DNA from: a virus
Taxonomy: Duplodnaviria; Caudoviricetes
Length of the DNA stretch: 64,000 bases
Virus record (IMG/VR): IMGVR_UViG_3300044655_001017
Strand: one strand, 5' to 3'
Both the position numbers and the translations under genes were made by a program. How positions within the stretch are numbered: the stretch's first letter is position 1; every line of letters starts with the position of its first letter. The notes beneath the pieces were generated by a model. It did no database searches. It worked only from the letters and a program-made list of their open reading frames with translations, and had not been told where the DNA came from. Of the stretch, positions 1 through 12,700 are shown piece after piece.

Positions 1-15
1 AATGATGTATGCCAT
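1..15 (-). CDS. 5' end of a gene running off the left edge (MAYII...), probably a paralogue of the two adjacent fibre/baseplate genes
   Basis: ATG GCA TAC ATC ATT on the minus strand, preceded by an AAGGA RBS and a CTAAATA box. The start resembles MSYIINK and MSYPVNH of the neighbouring genes. Confidence 0.5.
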
Positions 16-62
16 CTTGTAGGATTCCTTATTTTATTATATTTAGTTGTATTTGTTATAAA

Positions 63-947
63 TTAGCTTGGAATTTGCCATGTTCCACTTGTTAAGTAAA
101 ACTGTCTAATAGTTATTTGGCTTTCAATTGGAGCAGTAGTGTCATTGCAAATCACCTTACATCTAGTAGTGCCGCCTGCAACATTATATTCAGATGGGGG
201 GAATAATACATTAAGATAGTCTGTTATAATCTTTGCATTTTTATCTCCAGTAAATGCAGAAATGTCAACTGATACAACTAATGGTGCTAATTTTATACTG
301 TTAATTAATGTACGTTTATTTACGGCATCTTGTAAACTTACCGGATCTGCAACATTTGTTATTATTGATGAGTTAATTAAATTTAAACCAACTTTAATTT
401 GATCCGAAAAGCCAGATGCTAAGATATCAGAACCGGGAGTAAATTCTTCATTACTATAAATTGCAAACAGTACAGTATCAATTACTAATACCATTAGTGT
501 TTTAGGTATATCATAAATGTCTAACACTTCAATAATGCTAAATCCAGTTACTGCAGGATCGTACGGCCCTGCTAAAATCGTTGCAACTCCGTCATTAAAA
601 TACAATTGCTGACGTTTACTATCAATCCATATATCGCCTTGTGCAATTGACGACGGCACGATATCAGACACAATAGTACCACTAGTTAATTTAAACCCTG
701 CAGTGCTGTCATATACTTTTACCCGTTTTTCAATTGTATCATACCACAACTGCCCTTCAACCGGATGCAACGGCTGTGATGTATTAGCAAAATTTTCTAA
801 TAATCTAACTAAATTTTCATTAATATATTCACCGTATGCACTTGCACTTTTACCAATTAACGTTAAATCAGTTGCTACTTGATCAATATTTCCATCAGTA
901 ATTTCAGTTAATACTGAACCATCTGTTTTGTTTATAATATAACTCAT
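63..947 (-). CDS. Baseplate/tail fibre-associated structural protein (294 aa)
   Basis: The N-terminal ~130 aa are paralogous to the 740-aa neighbour (ENLVRLLENFAN..P..PVEGQLWYD). Lies in the baseplate operon. Confidence 0.6.
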   Translation of the reverse strand: MSYIINKTDGSVLTEITDGNIDQVATDLTLIGKSASAYGEYINENLVRLLENFANTSQPLHPVEGQLWYDTIEKRVKVYDSTAGFKLTSGTIVSDIVPSSIAQGDIWIDSKRQQLYFNDGVATILAGPYDPAVTGFSIIEVLDIYDIPKTLMVLVIDTVLFAIYSNEEFTPGSDILASGFSDQIKVGLNLINSSIITNVADPVSLQDAVNKRTLINSIKLAPLVVSVDISAFTGDKNAKIITDYLNVLFPPSEYNVAGGTTRCKVICNDTTAPIESQITIRQFYLTSGTWQIPS

Positions 948-3166
948 TGTAATACACCAGTAAAAATAATATAATTTATTGTTTGATATGGATTCATAAT
1001 TGAATTAGGATTTCCTGTGGCATTCTCTGTCACATTGCTTCCGTGTACGCCAACTACCGACGGTACACCAAACGATTCACTTCCTGAACCTGCACCTAAT
1101 GTAGTTGATGAATTATGATGAACTCGGAATGCTCGATCGCTGCCAGCAGTCCCAATACCATTTCGATTGCCGCCTGCATTTACTTCTAAGTTTGATGCAG
1201 TACGCACTGTTAAATCGTTATCCATGTCATCTCTGCCTAACGGAAACCGTCCTCGCAAATCAGGTAATGCAAATGTGCCGTCACCTACTAATCCTGTTTT
1301 ATTTCGATATGAGTACCCAATTATATTAAATAAATCTGGATACGATGCAATTTGAACTTCACAGCCGTCACATAACAAATAGCCAACAGGTGCATATATA
1401 CCTGCATATGTTATAATTGACCCAATTGGCACTACTGGTACAGATGCTAAAAATAGCTGCTTAGTAGTTCTTTGTAGACCAGTACTTGGGCGAAATGTTA
1501 AGATTTCATCAGTTACTAACGATTTAGTTGCTGCCGGTTTTGCTGAAATAAAATTAGGACTTACTGTAGTTTCAAGTGTTACATTTGCAGAACCATTAAA
1601 TGGGACAGCAGTAGCTGTTACATCACCTGATACTGTAAACAGTCTAGCAAATTGTAACGTATTTGCAGAACCGTATACATTACCGTCTACGTTGCCTGTG
1701 ATATCTCCGTTAATATCACCATAAATTGTTTGAGCATAGATGTCTCTAAATGGTAAACTTTCTGATCCAATATCATATAACGGCATTCCAATTTGTGTTT
1801 CCGAATATGATGGCAACATTACTGATCCACCGCTCTCTTTATAAAAGCTAACCGTATTGTTAAATTTAGCAGTATCGCCAAAATTTGACTTTTTAGTAAC
1901 TGCTAATCCGCCACTTGTTATAATACTGCCAGTTGTTAGTGATGTAGAATCAGATGTACCAGTAACCTTTAACGCACTATTAGTTAAAATATTTCCATTT
2001 ACATCTAATGCTTCAGTTGGTGACGAATTTCTAATCCCAACTGTTAAATCTGACTTAATAAACAGTCCAGACGAATATCCAGCATCAGCACTTTTAATTT
2101 GACCATATACTGTTACTGGTCCAGGATTAACTGCTATTACATAGCTAACTGAACTTGCACTAGCGCCAACTACTGTAAATGTTCCGTTATATGCAGTTGG
2201 AATAAATCTAGCAACACTAATCGATGTACCAATTGCAAATGGAGTTTTTGGTAACGTTGCAAATGTTAATGTTACAATAGTTGATGACCAAGATGCGCCG
2301 ACAGCTAAAATAGTATCTTCTGAATTAGTAAAATCAAAACTAATGTTTTTACCAGATCGTGCAGTTAAGCTAACTAAATTTGATACATCATCAACACTTA
2401 TTTTAAAACTAATATTAGTGCCAATACCAATTCCATCGTTTGATCGAATATTAATTGATTTACTAGTTGATGAAATTACATCTGATCTTAAAAAATTATT
2501 TGAACTAACTACACTTCCATTAATAACTAATCCATCTGCGCTTTCTGCAGTTCCCCAAAATTTAGTTAGATTAACCGATTGATTAGCAGTTGACAAATTA
2601 ATACCTTTATTAATCTGTTTAAACCCGCTAATGCTTAACTTCGGAGTAAATGCAGATTGACTAATAATAACAACTTGTTCATTTTGCGCATATATAGCTG
2701 CAACTGCATGGTCGTCACCTAAAATATCAGTAATAATCTCAACTACTGGACCTGATTTTAATCCACTACTAAACTGCGGACCAATTAAGTCCCAGTTTGA
2801 CCCCGAAAACATAAACAACTGTTTAGTATTTGGATTTACCCATAAATCGCCATTAACACTTTCTGTTAATGACGGTGGGGTTGATGCTTTTTTAATAGCA
2901 CCTGCCGGATTCCATATGGTTCCATTATAAATTTTAAGTGCATTAACTCCAGGAGTATTATCATACCATAACTGTCCTTCAACTGGATTTAATGGTGCAG
3001 AAATGTTTGCAAAATTTTCCATTAAATGTAGAAAGTTTTCGGCAATTATTTGACCATAACCTGCATAATTTTTTCCAACAAAACTCAACGATGTTGAGTT
3101 ATTAATAACCTGATCTGCAACAATTGTTTTTTGTTGGCCATCTGTATGATTAACAGGATATGACAT
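944..3166 (-). CDS. Short tail fibre with C-terminal phage tail-collar domain (740 aa)
   Basis: C-terminal PIGSIITYAG..AP.GYLLCDG...YPDLF.IIG...FALPDLRGRFPLG is the tail-collar motif seen in T4 gp12-like fibres. Confidence 0.8.
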   Translation of the reverse strand: MSYPVNHTDGQQKTIVADQVINNSTSLSFVGKNYAGYGQIIAENFLHLMENFANISAPLNPVEGQLWYDNTPGVNALKIYNGTIWNPAGAIKKASTPPSLTESVNGDLWVNPNTKQLFMFSGSNWDLIGPQFSSGLKSGPVVEIITDILGDDHAVAAIYAQNEQVVIISQSAFTPKLSISGFKQINKGINLSTANQSVNLTKFWGTAESADGLVINGSVVSSNNFLRSDVISSTSKSINIRSNDGIGIGTNISFKISVDDVSNLVSLTARSGKNISFDFTNSEDTILAVGASWSSTIVTLTFATLPKTPFAIGTSISVARFIPTAYNGTFTVVGASASSVSYVIAVNPGPVTVYGQIKSADAGYSSGLFIKSDLTVGIRNSSPTEALDVNGNILTNSALKVTGTSDSTSLTTGSIITSGGLAVTKKSNFGDTAKFNNTVSFYKESGGSVMLPSYSETQIGMPLYDIGSESLPFRDIYAQTIYGDINGDITGNVDGNVYGSANTLQFARLFTVSGDVTATAVPFNGSANVTLETTVSPNFISAKPAATKSLVTDEILTFRPSTGLQRTTKQLFLASVPVVPIGSIITYAGIYAPVGYLLCDGCEVQIASYPDLFNIIGYSYRNKTGLVGDGTFALPDLRGRFPLGRDDMDNDLTVRTASNLEVNAGGNRNGIGTAGSDRAFRVHHNSSTTLGAGSGSESFGVPSVVGVHGSNVTENATGNPNSIMNPYQTINYIIFTGVLQ

Positions 3167-3777
3167 TATTGAACTCCTACTACACTAGTTAAACTTTGAA
3201 TTCGTACTGTATAGTCAATCTGAATTAATCGATTTAACGATTTTTGCACTGGGTGAAAAATAACATGAGTTAATAACATGTTATTGCCATCTGCACCGTA
3301 AGACTTTAATCCTAATTCATCAAAAATAAATGCGTTGTTAACTGTTGAAGAATTATCAAATGCAGATTGCCCTGCAGGTTCAGTATAATCTAACAAGCAA
3401 GTAACAAATACATCAGTATAATTGTGACCAGGCACATGTCGAGTTTCAATATAATTACGAGTTGGATCTAAATTGTTAATTGACGAATCATTAACAATCT
3501 TAGAAAATTGCTCGTTATATAAACTAGCATTTGAACCTGAGCTATTTGGCGTTAAATATGTAATAATTCCAGTATCATCAATGGATGTGCCCCCGTTACC
3601 AAAACTCATCTCATATATAAACCCATCTCCTCTGTTTGCAATCCCTCTTGCTAACGCAATACTAATATTTTCATAGTGAATTGCGTTACGTTTATTCACA
3701 TAAACTTCTTTACTAGCGGGATCAAAAATCTTAAGATGTCCTTCGATATGTATCCCTGTTAAATCTGTAGTCTGCAT
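3166..3777 (-). CDS. Hypothetical baseplate-operon structural protein (203 aa)
   Basis: Intact ORF with its own GATAAATA box, translationally coupled to the fibre gene. No catalytic motif recognised. Confidence 0.55.
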   Translation of the reverse strand: MQTTDLTGIHIEGHLKIFDPASKEVYVNKRNAIHYENISIALARGIANRGDGFIYEMSFGNGGTSIDDTGIITYLTPNSSGSNASLYNEQFSKIVNDSSINNLDPTRNYIETRHVPGHNYTDVFVTCLLDYTEPAGQSAFDNSSTVNNAFIFDELGLKSYGADGNNMLLTHVIFHPVQKSLNRLIQIDYTVRIQSLTSVVGVQ

Positions 3778-3797
3778 AATGTTCTCTCGTTATTCTA

Positions 3798-3805
3798 TAT
3801 TTATC
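3798..3805 (-). promoter_or_regulatory. Late promoter box upstream of the 203-aa gene
   Basis: GATAAATA about 20 nt before the ATG. Confidence 0.6.
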
Positions 3806-3826
3806 ACGTGATAATAAGTGTTATGT

Positions 3827-5533
3827 TTATTTGTATACACGGATTTTAGCTCTAGGAAATACATTCCCAACAGTTGGTCTTACTTTAAAATTTCTTTTTG
3901 GGTATACTGAATTTACTAACGGGCGTTCTGGATATGCATACAAATATAAATTTGGTGCACCTTGTAAATCATGTGTATCCGAAGTACCTCCCGATGTACC
4001 TGTTATTTGATTTAGTCTAGCATAAGATTGAATATAGTGTAGTGCATCTGCTTGATTCATAGAAGGATACGCCTCTAATACACATGCTAACACTCCGCAT
4101 ACTTGCGGACTAGCCATAGATGTTCCAGAAATTTTTCCATTAAAATAATTACTATTTGTTGGGTCAGTTACAGCCCCATAATAATGGTTGTCATTGAATG
4201 AACTCATTATATTAGTTCCAGGTGCAAACACAGTAATTCGAGGTCCGGTGTTACTATACGATGCTTTATCTTCTACAGAATTTATGCCAACTGCACCTAC
4301 AGCAATCACATTTGATACAGCCGCAGGTGCCTGACCCCTATGTTGATACCAAAGATAATTAGTTTCGTCATATGTAGCATCAAACGTATTATTATAATCA
4401 AGGCCGTCATCGTTATCTATAAAGAACGAATCATTGCCTGCTGCAGCTACGATTATTATTCCGGCAGCGATTGCTTGTTCTATGTCAGCTGCAGTTGCTT
4501 CATTAAAGTATGGCACCGTTGCAGTTACTACTCCTGATTCTGTAGTGTTATAAATTCCAACAGAATTTAATTCAGCAGCGGTTAATGCTACAATATCGTC
4601 ACCAATTTCAGTGTTTCGATAACTAGCATACGTAATTGGTCCGGTTGTATAGCCTAAAGTATTTGGAAATTTTAAAGATGCTCCGTAACTGCAATTACAT
4701 ATAGTTGGGTTTTTAACACCAGTTGCGGGATTTACAGTTTTTGATAAATGAAATGCTATTATGTAATCCCACATAATTAACGAACTTAACGAATTTGGAT
4801 TAGTACTAGTATACGGGCTAATGTTATAAATGTTTGCATCGCGTGCCCACCCGTTTTCATTACCTGCTGCTACTCCGGCAACATGACATCCATGATTATT
4901 ATCCGATGCTGCGTCCGATCCAAACCCGGTTGAATATGGAGTATATGTATAAGTTCCAGATAACAAAGTTGCTGCATCATCGTCAACTGACGATACTAAT
5001 GAATTTAGCGTATACCAATCAAATTGATTAACTCTACTTCCGCCTGTGCCATTGGCATTTATACTAAATGTTGGATGTGATGGATTAACATGTCCGTCAA
5101 CAATAATAACATCAACATTCTTACCACTTAAACTGTAAGATGATGTACTTGTAATACTTGGAGTTCCTGGATTTCCCCACGGGCTTAATTGATTTCCATA
5201 CGTACACCGCTTTATACCCCAGTTATAGTGTGTTCCCCAATTAGTTGACGATTTGTCATAAGTTTGAGACGGTGTTGTCCAGTTAGGTGTAATTGAATTT
5301 AATATCATTTCAGCTAATGTAACACCTGCAACTCTTGGATCATTATTAATTAATTTTGCTTCTTCATGAGTTAGCATGTAATGTGTATTTCTACTAATTG
5401 GTCTTCTACGATATACTAGAACAGCACGTTCTGGTATATCAGTAGTTCCGCCTGTCGTCTCGAGATCGTGATAAAAATCATCAGAATCCTCTAACTTATG
5501 TAACGTAATGATATATTCATGAAGATCTTTCAT
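3827..5533 (-). CDS. Subtilisin-like serine protease, peptidase S8 (568 aa)
   Basis: Catalytic motifs VDVIIVDG (Asp), NNHGCHVAG (His), AAAGND (oxyanion Asn) and SGTSMASPQV (Ser). Has an N-terminal propeptide-like segment and no obvious signal peptide. Confidence 0.9.
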   Translation of the reverse strand: MKDLHEYIITLHKLEDSDDFYHDLETTGGTTDIPERAVLVYRRRPISRNTHYMLTHEEAKLINNDPRVAGVTLAEMILNSITPNWTTPSQTYDKSSTNWGTHYNWGIKRCTYGNQLSPWGNPGTPSITSTSSYSLSGKNVDVIIVDGHVNPSHPTFSINANGTGGSRVNQFDWYTLNSLVSSVDDDAATLLSGTYTYTPYSTGFGSDAASDNNHGCHVAGVAAGNENGWARDANIYNISPYTSTNPNSLSSLIMWDYIIAFHLSKTVNPATGVKNPTICNCSYGASLKFPNTLGYTTGPITYASYRNTEIGDDIVALTAAELNSVGIYNTTESGVVTATVPYFNEATAADIEQAIAAGIIIVAAAGNDSFFIDNDDGLDYNNTFDATYDETNYLWYQHRGQAPAAVSNVIAVGAVGINSVEDKASYSNTGPRITVFAPGTNIMSSFNDNHYYGAVTDPTNSNYFNGKISGTSMASPQVCGVLACVLEAYPSMNQADALHYIQSYARLNQITGTSGGTSDTHDLQGAPNLYLYAYPERPLVNSVYPKRNFKVRPTVGNVFPRAKIRVYK

Positions 5534-5534
5534 T

Positions 5535-6722
5535 TTATATCTCCAACGGTAACAACGTTAATGTTACAGTGATTGTACAAGGAACTTGACTTGTATTAGT
5601 TACTGCTAATTGAATATTTGAAGTTGGTACAGCTTCGTCGCTAAATCCAAAAACTCCTGGTGTAATTGGAACTGTTGCGTTTGTAATAGTAATAACTTCA
5701 GCAAGTATGCCTTGTATAGACGGATCACTTGTTTGTAATCTAGATGCATCTGATGTTCTTGATGCGGAATTTGTATAGATTCTTACCCATGCACCGCCGC
5801 TACCTGCTGAAGAAAATGTCTCAACTTTGTACAACGCATAACCTTTGTATCCAACAATTGTTAAATTAACAGTTGAACCAGGAAATATAACTGTTGTTGT
5901 ATTTGATACAGGTGTTCTTGAACTAGCAAGAGTACTAGTAATTACACCACTACCGTTAATTATAATAGATGTACCGTCAACTTTTACACCGCCTAACTCA
6001 GTAGTTGTTGCAATTGGTAGTGAATATGCAGCAGCTGCACTAATTATACCATTAGAAATAGTAATAGTAGTGTTGTCAACTTTTACACCGCCTAACTCAG
6101 TAGTTGATGCAACTGGCAATAAATATGCAGAAGCTGCACTAATTATACCATTAGAAATAGTAACAGATGATCCATCAACTTTTACGCCACCTAACGCAGT
6201 TGTACTAGCAATTGGTAACGTATATACTGAACTTATAACACCACTATTATTAATTAAAATAGATGATCCGTCAACTCTCACACCGCCTTTTTCAGATTGG
6301 CTCGCTGTTGGTAGTGAATATGCAGCAGCTGCACTAATTATACCATTAGAAATAGTAACTGTAGTACCGTCAACTTTTACACCGCCTATTGTACTTGTAC
6401 TTGCTGTTGGTAGTGAGTAGACTGAAGTACTAATTACACCACTTCCGTTAACTGTAATAGAAGATCCGTCAACTTTTACACCGCCTATTGTACTTGTACT
6501 TGCTGTTGGTAACACATACGGAGTTACTATTGCGTTTATTGTACAATTATTACCTACTTTAGATAATGTAATGTGAGATCCTGCAAGTAATCTAGTAAAC
6601 ACCGAATCATTGTTCTGATACAATTCGGTAAAATTACTATTAATTTTTATTGCACCACCTCGCAGTGTATCACCTGTTGCATCATTAGACGATGAACCTA
6701 CGTTTATTGTTTGTTTAGCCAT
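5535..6722 (-). CDS. Fibre-like structural protein with gp9/gp10-type N-terminus and six ~33-aa repeats (395 aa)
   Basis: MAKQTINVGSSSNDATGDTLRGGAIKINSNFTELY matches the T4 gp9/gp10-like attachment motif. Repeats follow LPxASxxxLGGVKVDG. Confidence 0.7.
   Translation of the reverse strand: MAKQTINVGSSSNDATGDTLRGGAIKINSNFTELYQNNDSVFTRLLAGSHITLSKVGNNCTINAIVTPYVLPTASTSTIGGVKVDGSSITVNGSGVISTSVYSLPTASTSTIGGVKVDGTTVTISNGIISAAAAYSLPTASQSEKGGVRVDGSSILINNSGVISSVYTLPIASTTALGGVKVDGSSVTISNGIISAASAYLLPVASTTELGGVKVDNTTITISNGIISAAAAYSLPIATTTELGGVKVDGTSIIINGSGVITSTLASSRTPVSNTTTVIFPGSTVNLTIVGYKGYALYKVETFSSAGSGGAWVRIYTNSASRTSDASRLQTSDPSIQGILAEVITITNATVPITPGVFGFSDEAVPTSNIQLAVTNTSQVPCTITVTLTLLPLEI
5931..6512 (-). 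repeat. Six degenerate ~96-99-bp coding tandem repeats
   Basis: Recurring TCAACTTTTACACCGCC-type DNA units encoding LP(T/I/V)A(S/T)xxxxGGV(K/R)VD. Confidence 0.9.
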
Positions 6723-6737
6723 TTATTTTATCCTTAA

Positions 6738-9700
6738 TTAAAATCTTGTATCTTCACTATCAAATGTAATGCTAGTTGAATCATATGTTATTGAGATATC
6801 AGCATAATCAACTCCAGGTACTGACCCTATAAAATTTAATTCTGTTTGATTGTTAACCCATTTACTGCCTTGTCGTTTAATAATAGTTACTATTGTATTT
6901 GCACTTAACACATTTGTTAATCGTATTTGTTTAGTAGTACCGTTTACTGAAAAGTCTGCATCAAATGTATGCTCACCTTCTTCAGAATTTATATTGTAAA
7001 CAACATACGGCGTCTTTTTCAATCGTATATTTCCAATAAAATAATTCCATTTACTACGATCATTTTTAAAATTACTACTACTTACATGTTGAACTGCGCA
7101 TCGGTAAACATACACTCCAACATTTACAATGTCATTCACATAATACACAGTCTCTAATGTCCATATTTTATAATTATCGTATCCCCCAACAAATACTTCA
7201 ATTTCATCACTTTGTCCATATTCTGCAAGTGCAGGATCTGCAAAACTCCATTTAGTATTTGCTACTTTGTTAGGTGTGTACGACAAATTTATAAAATGGG
7301 TTCCATTTGATACTACTTGTTCAATTTGTGTATTTTCAACATATGGAATTGTTTCAGTTAGACCTAGCTCTTGCACAATTGATTCGGCTCTATGCACAGT
7401 CGGAATTCCTGTACCCATAGTTCCCCTACGAAGACCGCTTAACACGTTATCTACATTTGAGAAAAATTCAATACGTTCACCATTAATGTCAATTATGCCA
7501 TAACTACCATACGATGTTTGATCAAACAAACTTGAATCTTCAACTGTAATAGTAGTATCGTAATAATTTAACTCGTTAACTAATCGGGTACGTTTATTTG
7601 CATTTAACCGAATATACCGATATTGATTTAACATATTTTTAAAATGCATAAACGACGTAAATTCACCCGATGGCAATTTATTAAATACTTTAATTCCAAG
7701 TGTGTCAATAACTTGTCCCGGAACTACTTCTTCTGGACCAATGCCAGCAGTTACTGAATTAAAATCGTCACCATCAACTACTATATCCTCAGCCGATAGC
7801 CCATCCGACATTGCGTTATAAGAAAAATTACCACCTGACAATGCAGTGTCATACTCGTTAACTATCGCACCGTCACTTGTTTCTTTACGTATAATAATAG
7901 TATCACCTGCATCTGCACTTATTGAAGTTGGAATTTCAATAATATCAGTATCACCTGTTGCAATTGGTGTTAACATTGCTGCATTTGGATTTGCAAGGTC
8001 TACTACGTCAATATCGTAAGTTTTTGAATCAATACGCACTGCTTCAGTATTTGGTTTTACAAGATACACGTTTAATCTTGTACCAATTGTTGGAACATAT
8101 GGAAGTTTAATTGTATAAGAAAACTCGTCACCTAATGTGTACTTAACGTCGTTGAGTGCAGGATCAAAGTTGTCCCAAGTGTCGTTATAGTACGGCATAC
8201 TATCCCAACCATGATCAACTTCAAAACTTAATCCGCTAACTACTACTCCGCCATAATCGATCCCTGACATCAACTGCGGTAAATCATTTCCTACATCACC
8301 CGAATTTGGTTTGTAATAATAATGTATTCTATCGGTTGCCGTTAGCAACCCAGTATCTTTATAATATGATATAATAAGTTCACTACCGCGCATTGGTGCA
8401 GTTTTAAATGTAATTACACCAGTGTGAACAGGATGGCCATCAACAATTGATATAACTGTTCCCATTTTATAATTGTCGCGGATTTCAAGTACACCGTTAA
8501 CAGTTACTGAAGTTTTTCCAATTGATACATCTGGTATCCATTTAAGAATAAACTGAACTTTAGTACCGGTTACGATTGACGCGCCTTTAATAGTTTCAAC
8601 ATGTTGCAAGTTATCAATAAGATAATTTTGATTTACTCGATCAAACTTTAATGCAATATTGCTTGTTCTTACTACGCTTTTACCTAAAATTGGAATAGCA
8701 GTTGCAGATTTACCATTATTTGAATACCCTCCAGTAATTACAATCTTAGGTGTTGTTTTATATCCAGACCCTGGAGTAATTAATTTAATTCTAGATATTT
8801 GCTTATTAACAATAAATGCGCGAGCGGTTGCGCCCAATCCGGTTTTAGATTCAATAGTTACTGCTGGTTCTGTTAAATATTCTGCTCCACCACTAGTAAT
8901 TTTTATATCAACTAGTGAATACCCTACATTATCTAACCAAAACTTCCACGGATATGAATTAATTAACGGATTATCGTAATCTACTACTGAAACTACATTT
9001 CGATCTAAGTCGTATGCAGGTGGTAAATCAAAATCAGTTATTGCAACATTACTATCATCTAAATTAGTATACGAACTTATATATTCACGGATTTGTGTTC
9101 GATACGGCTTCACTTCAGACACATAATCTTCAAAATTAGACAAGTTATCATTTTTATAGGTAACTCGTTGCTGTAATTTACCTACTTGATGCATTACATT
9201 TACAAAACTAGTTTTAAATATCCAGTCAATATAGGTTTGCTCATTCATTGCATATCTAACAGTTGAAAAGAACAATTCTAAATACTTAGTTTTTAAATTG
9301 CCTATTAGCAAATCATCCTTAATTGCAATTAAAATATTGCGCAATTCAATAGATGCAAAATTGTCATGCATTCCGGAATCATATAACATGCCGTCATACC
9401 CAATAACAGTACCGTAAAAATCGTACAATAATGAGCTAAACTGAATAGTACCGTTTTGGCTACCAATTACGGTATACAAGTGTGTCCAATCAAACGATGC
9501 AGTTTCTTCTAGTTGTTGGTTAACTGTAGGATCATGTTTTTGCAATAATACCCATCGACCTGAATTAGTTGTTTTTACTTTTACAATATCACCAACTGTA
9601 TCATTTAGTTGAGATAATTCTGCATACGTGGTTACTAGATGGGTTGCTGTTGTAAATTGATTAAACCCAGGTTTATACCAATCAACATACTTCCAATACT

Positions 9701-12700
9701 TTGTCGTATCGTACGTGTATGTTAACGATTTATACCATGTGCTAGTAGAAAGAACATATGAATAAATACTCCATTTTCCGTTACTAGTTGCATCACTTAG
9801 CACTAATACTGAAAAACTTCTAACTGTTAACACATGATTGGATGTATACCCGTCGCCACCGTTAAGAATTTTAACTCCGGTTATTTGTCCAGATTCGTTA
9901 ATAATTGACTGAATTACTGCACCCTTGCCAGTACCAGTAACTGTAATATAAGGCGCAATTAAATAGCCTTGACCGGAACTAATAATATTAACATTTGTAA
10001 TTTTTCCATCTGTAATATCTGCAGTTAAACTAGGCGCAATATAATACTTTGTGATCACATACTGCAATTCTAAATTAGTATCTAATGTAGTGTCATATAA
10101 CCGCCGAATACTAGTCGGCGGAGTATCATATGATGTTAACAACGAAAGATCTCTTGTATCGACAATTAACTCTGATTTTAAATGTATGTTAGTTTGTTCA
10201 ATTACTTGTTTAATTGCTTCAAATCGATTAACAAACATACTTTGACGAGGTCTGTTTTCAATACCATATTTTAATTTAGGCGGTAACAGTTGATCTGGCA
10301 CTAATCGATCGTTAACATCTTTACCGCATAAACTATCAATCCATTTTTGTTCTATAGATGCTGGTATGTCAGTTGACGACGATGTACTAATTAATTTCCA
10401 TTGAGTGTGTATATTCTGATCAGTTTTATCTATTAACCAGTATTCAATCGATAACACAATATCATCATGCAACAGATATGGTTTAACATTAACTAAACTA
10501 AATGAATTTAACCCAGTTAATGCAAGGTATTCATACCCCTCGCCTTTAGGATTTGAAATTACCCTAGAAACATTTGCAGCTGATATTGTTCTACCAATAG
10601 TTGACGAAATTGTTTCTTTATTTTTAACCCAATAATAATAAGTAGACGAAAACTGCTGACTTATCGTGTCATATGTTTTTACTTCCACATATGCACTATC
10701 TCCGTATAACGATGTTCCACTTATACCTTGCGCTAACCCTGCAGATGTATCAGCGTCTGCATCCCAGTCTGCCGGTAACAACTCAGTTTCAACCCATTCG
10801 TAAATATCAACTGATGCACCAGTTGCTAATGTACCTAACATGCTGTTTCTATAAACAGAATTGTCTGTAAAATTGTCAAAGAACTTAGTAGTGCGCACAT
10901 CCCACCATAACGAACCAACTTGTGCTGCGCCCCATGCAATACCTTCATCCACAGTAACTACAGTAGTTGTAGCATGCGAATAAATTGCAGGATCATATGG
11001 GGATTTATACTTTACTTCTCGTTCTGCAATAATAGGATGTTTATTTTGTATAGGGTCTACAACATCTAAATATTTTATTAATTTATTAGATACTTTGTTG
11101 TATAAAAACGCTTGTTTAACTTTAGTAATGTCAGGTTTAGTAATTGATGTATTTTTAACTGTCCATGAAAATTGGTTAACTGGCTTAACATATTCATATA
11201 TTTTTCCAGCACCATTACCTGTACTTGATACAAATACATATGTTGTTGTTATATCAGTAGTTATTGTAGTGGCTATTGGGAATGTAACTGTAAATTCTAT
11301 AAAATCACTTTGAGGATTAACTGCAGTAATTACCGACCCTTCCGGAATACCGTTGCCAATAATAATGTCGTTAATGGCAATGTTACACACTAAGTCTTTA
11401 TCTTTATCAATTTTACCAGTAGCCGTTGTATTTGTATGTGCGGTATTATTAATTAGATTAATAGTTGCTGTTTGCTCAGTCCATGCAGGTGCACCTACTA
11501 TTAAATTAGTAGCAGTAACTGCAAATATTGGTGATGCATATTTTGGTTCTAGGCGTTCACTAAAAATCCAATCTTTTTCATAAATGTTGTATACATCTGC
11601 AACAGAAACATAATCAAAATCACAAATTACTAGCGTACGATAGTCGTCTGTAAAAAACACTGCAGGAGCATTTGCTGAACTAAATTCAACAGTTGGAATA
11701 ACCTGTACAGATTCTTTTAGTGATAAAGAATAGATATTTACATTACGTGCAGTTGAACTTAAAATATTTGAAATTGCAATAAAATCATCATTCTTTGACA
11801 ATGAAATATGTTGTCCAACGGTGTTAGCTACTATATTATCAATTTGATTAGCTGAGTTATAAACAAAATCTTCATTTGCATAATATACATATACTTTGCC
11901 ATTTGTACGTGGATCTGATATTGCAATTGTATTGTTTAACGACACTGAAATGTCTGTACCAAACGCATCAGATGCACCAGTCGGTTTACTAATACTAGGT
12001 AATTCAGCCCATTCGTAAACTGAAAACGCAATACGACCTGCAGGTTTTTCTGCAGGTTCGAGACTAATTATAATAGTAGTTCCATTAACTACAGATGACA
12101 CTAAATGGTTAGGTGTAAAACCGTTACCTGATAGTATCATCCCGCGTGATATACCTGCAGTACTAGCAACTACTAATGTAGTGCCTTTACTTCCGTTAGA
12201 CACAAAGGTAGTGAATCCTTTTTCTGTTAATTTATATTCATATCTATAAACTGTACTAGCAGTTGTACCTACAAACATCATATTAGTACCAAATGCAATA
12301 GAATTTCCAAAATGTTCATTGTCTAAAGGCTCTGGACTAATCCGTGTGTCAACTAATACATATAAGCTGTTAACATCTCGTTTATATATTGAAATAACTC
12401 CTTGATTATTGCTATCAGCAGTTGGTGATCCTAATGCTAACCATTCTCCATCTGGCGACAACGCAACAACTGTTGCTACATTATCCTCATTATCAACTTC
12501 GCTAACACTTTGAAATCTTAATGGACGTTTAATAATTTGAGTTGCAATCCAATCATTTTTAGTGTTATTATAAATTACAACTTCTCCTCTAAAAATATCG
12601 TACCCATTATCAGATTTTTGAGATACTGCAATTGTGGTACCATCGTCAGTTGTTGCAATTGCACGTCCGTATTGACTAATTTTTGAATTTAAATTGGGCC

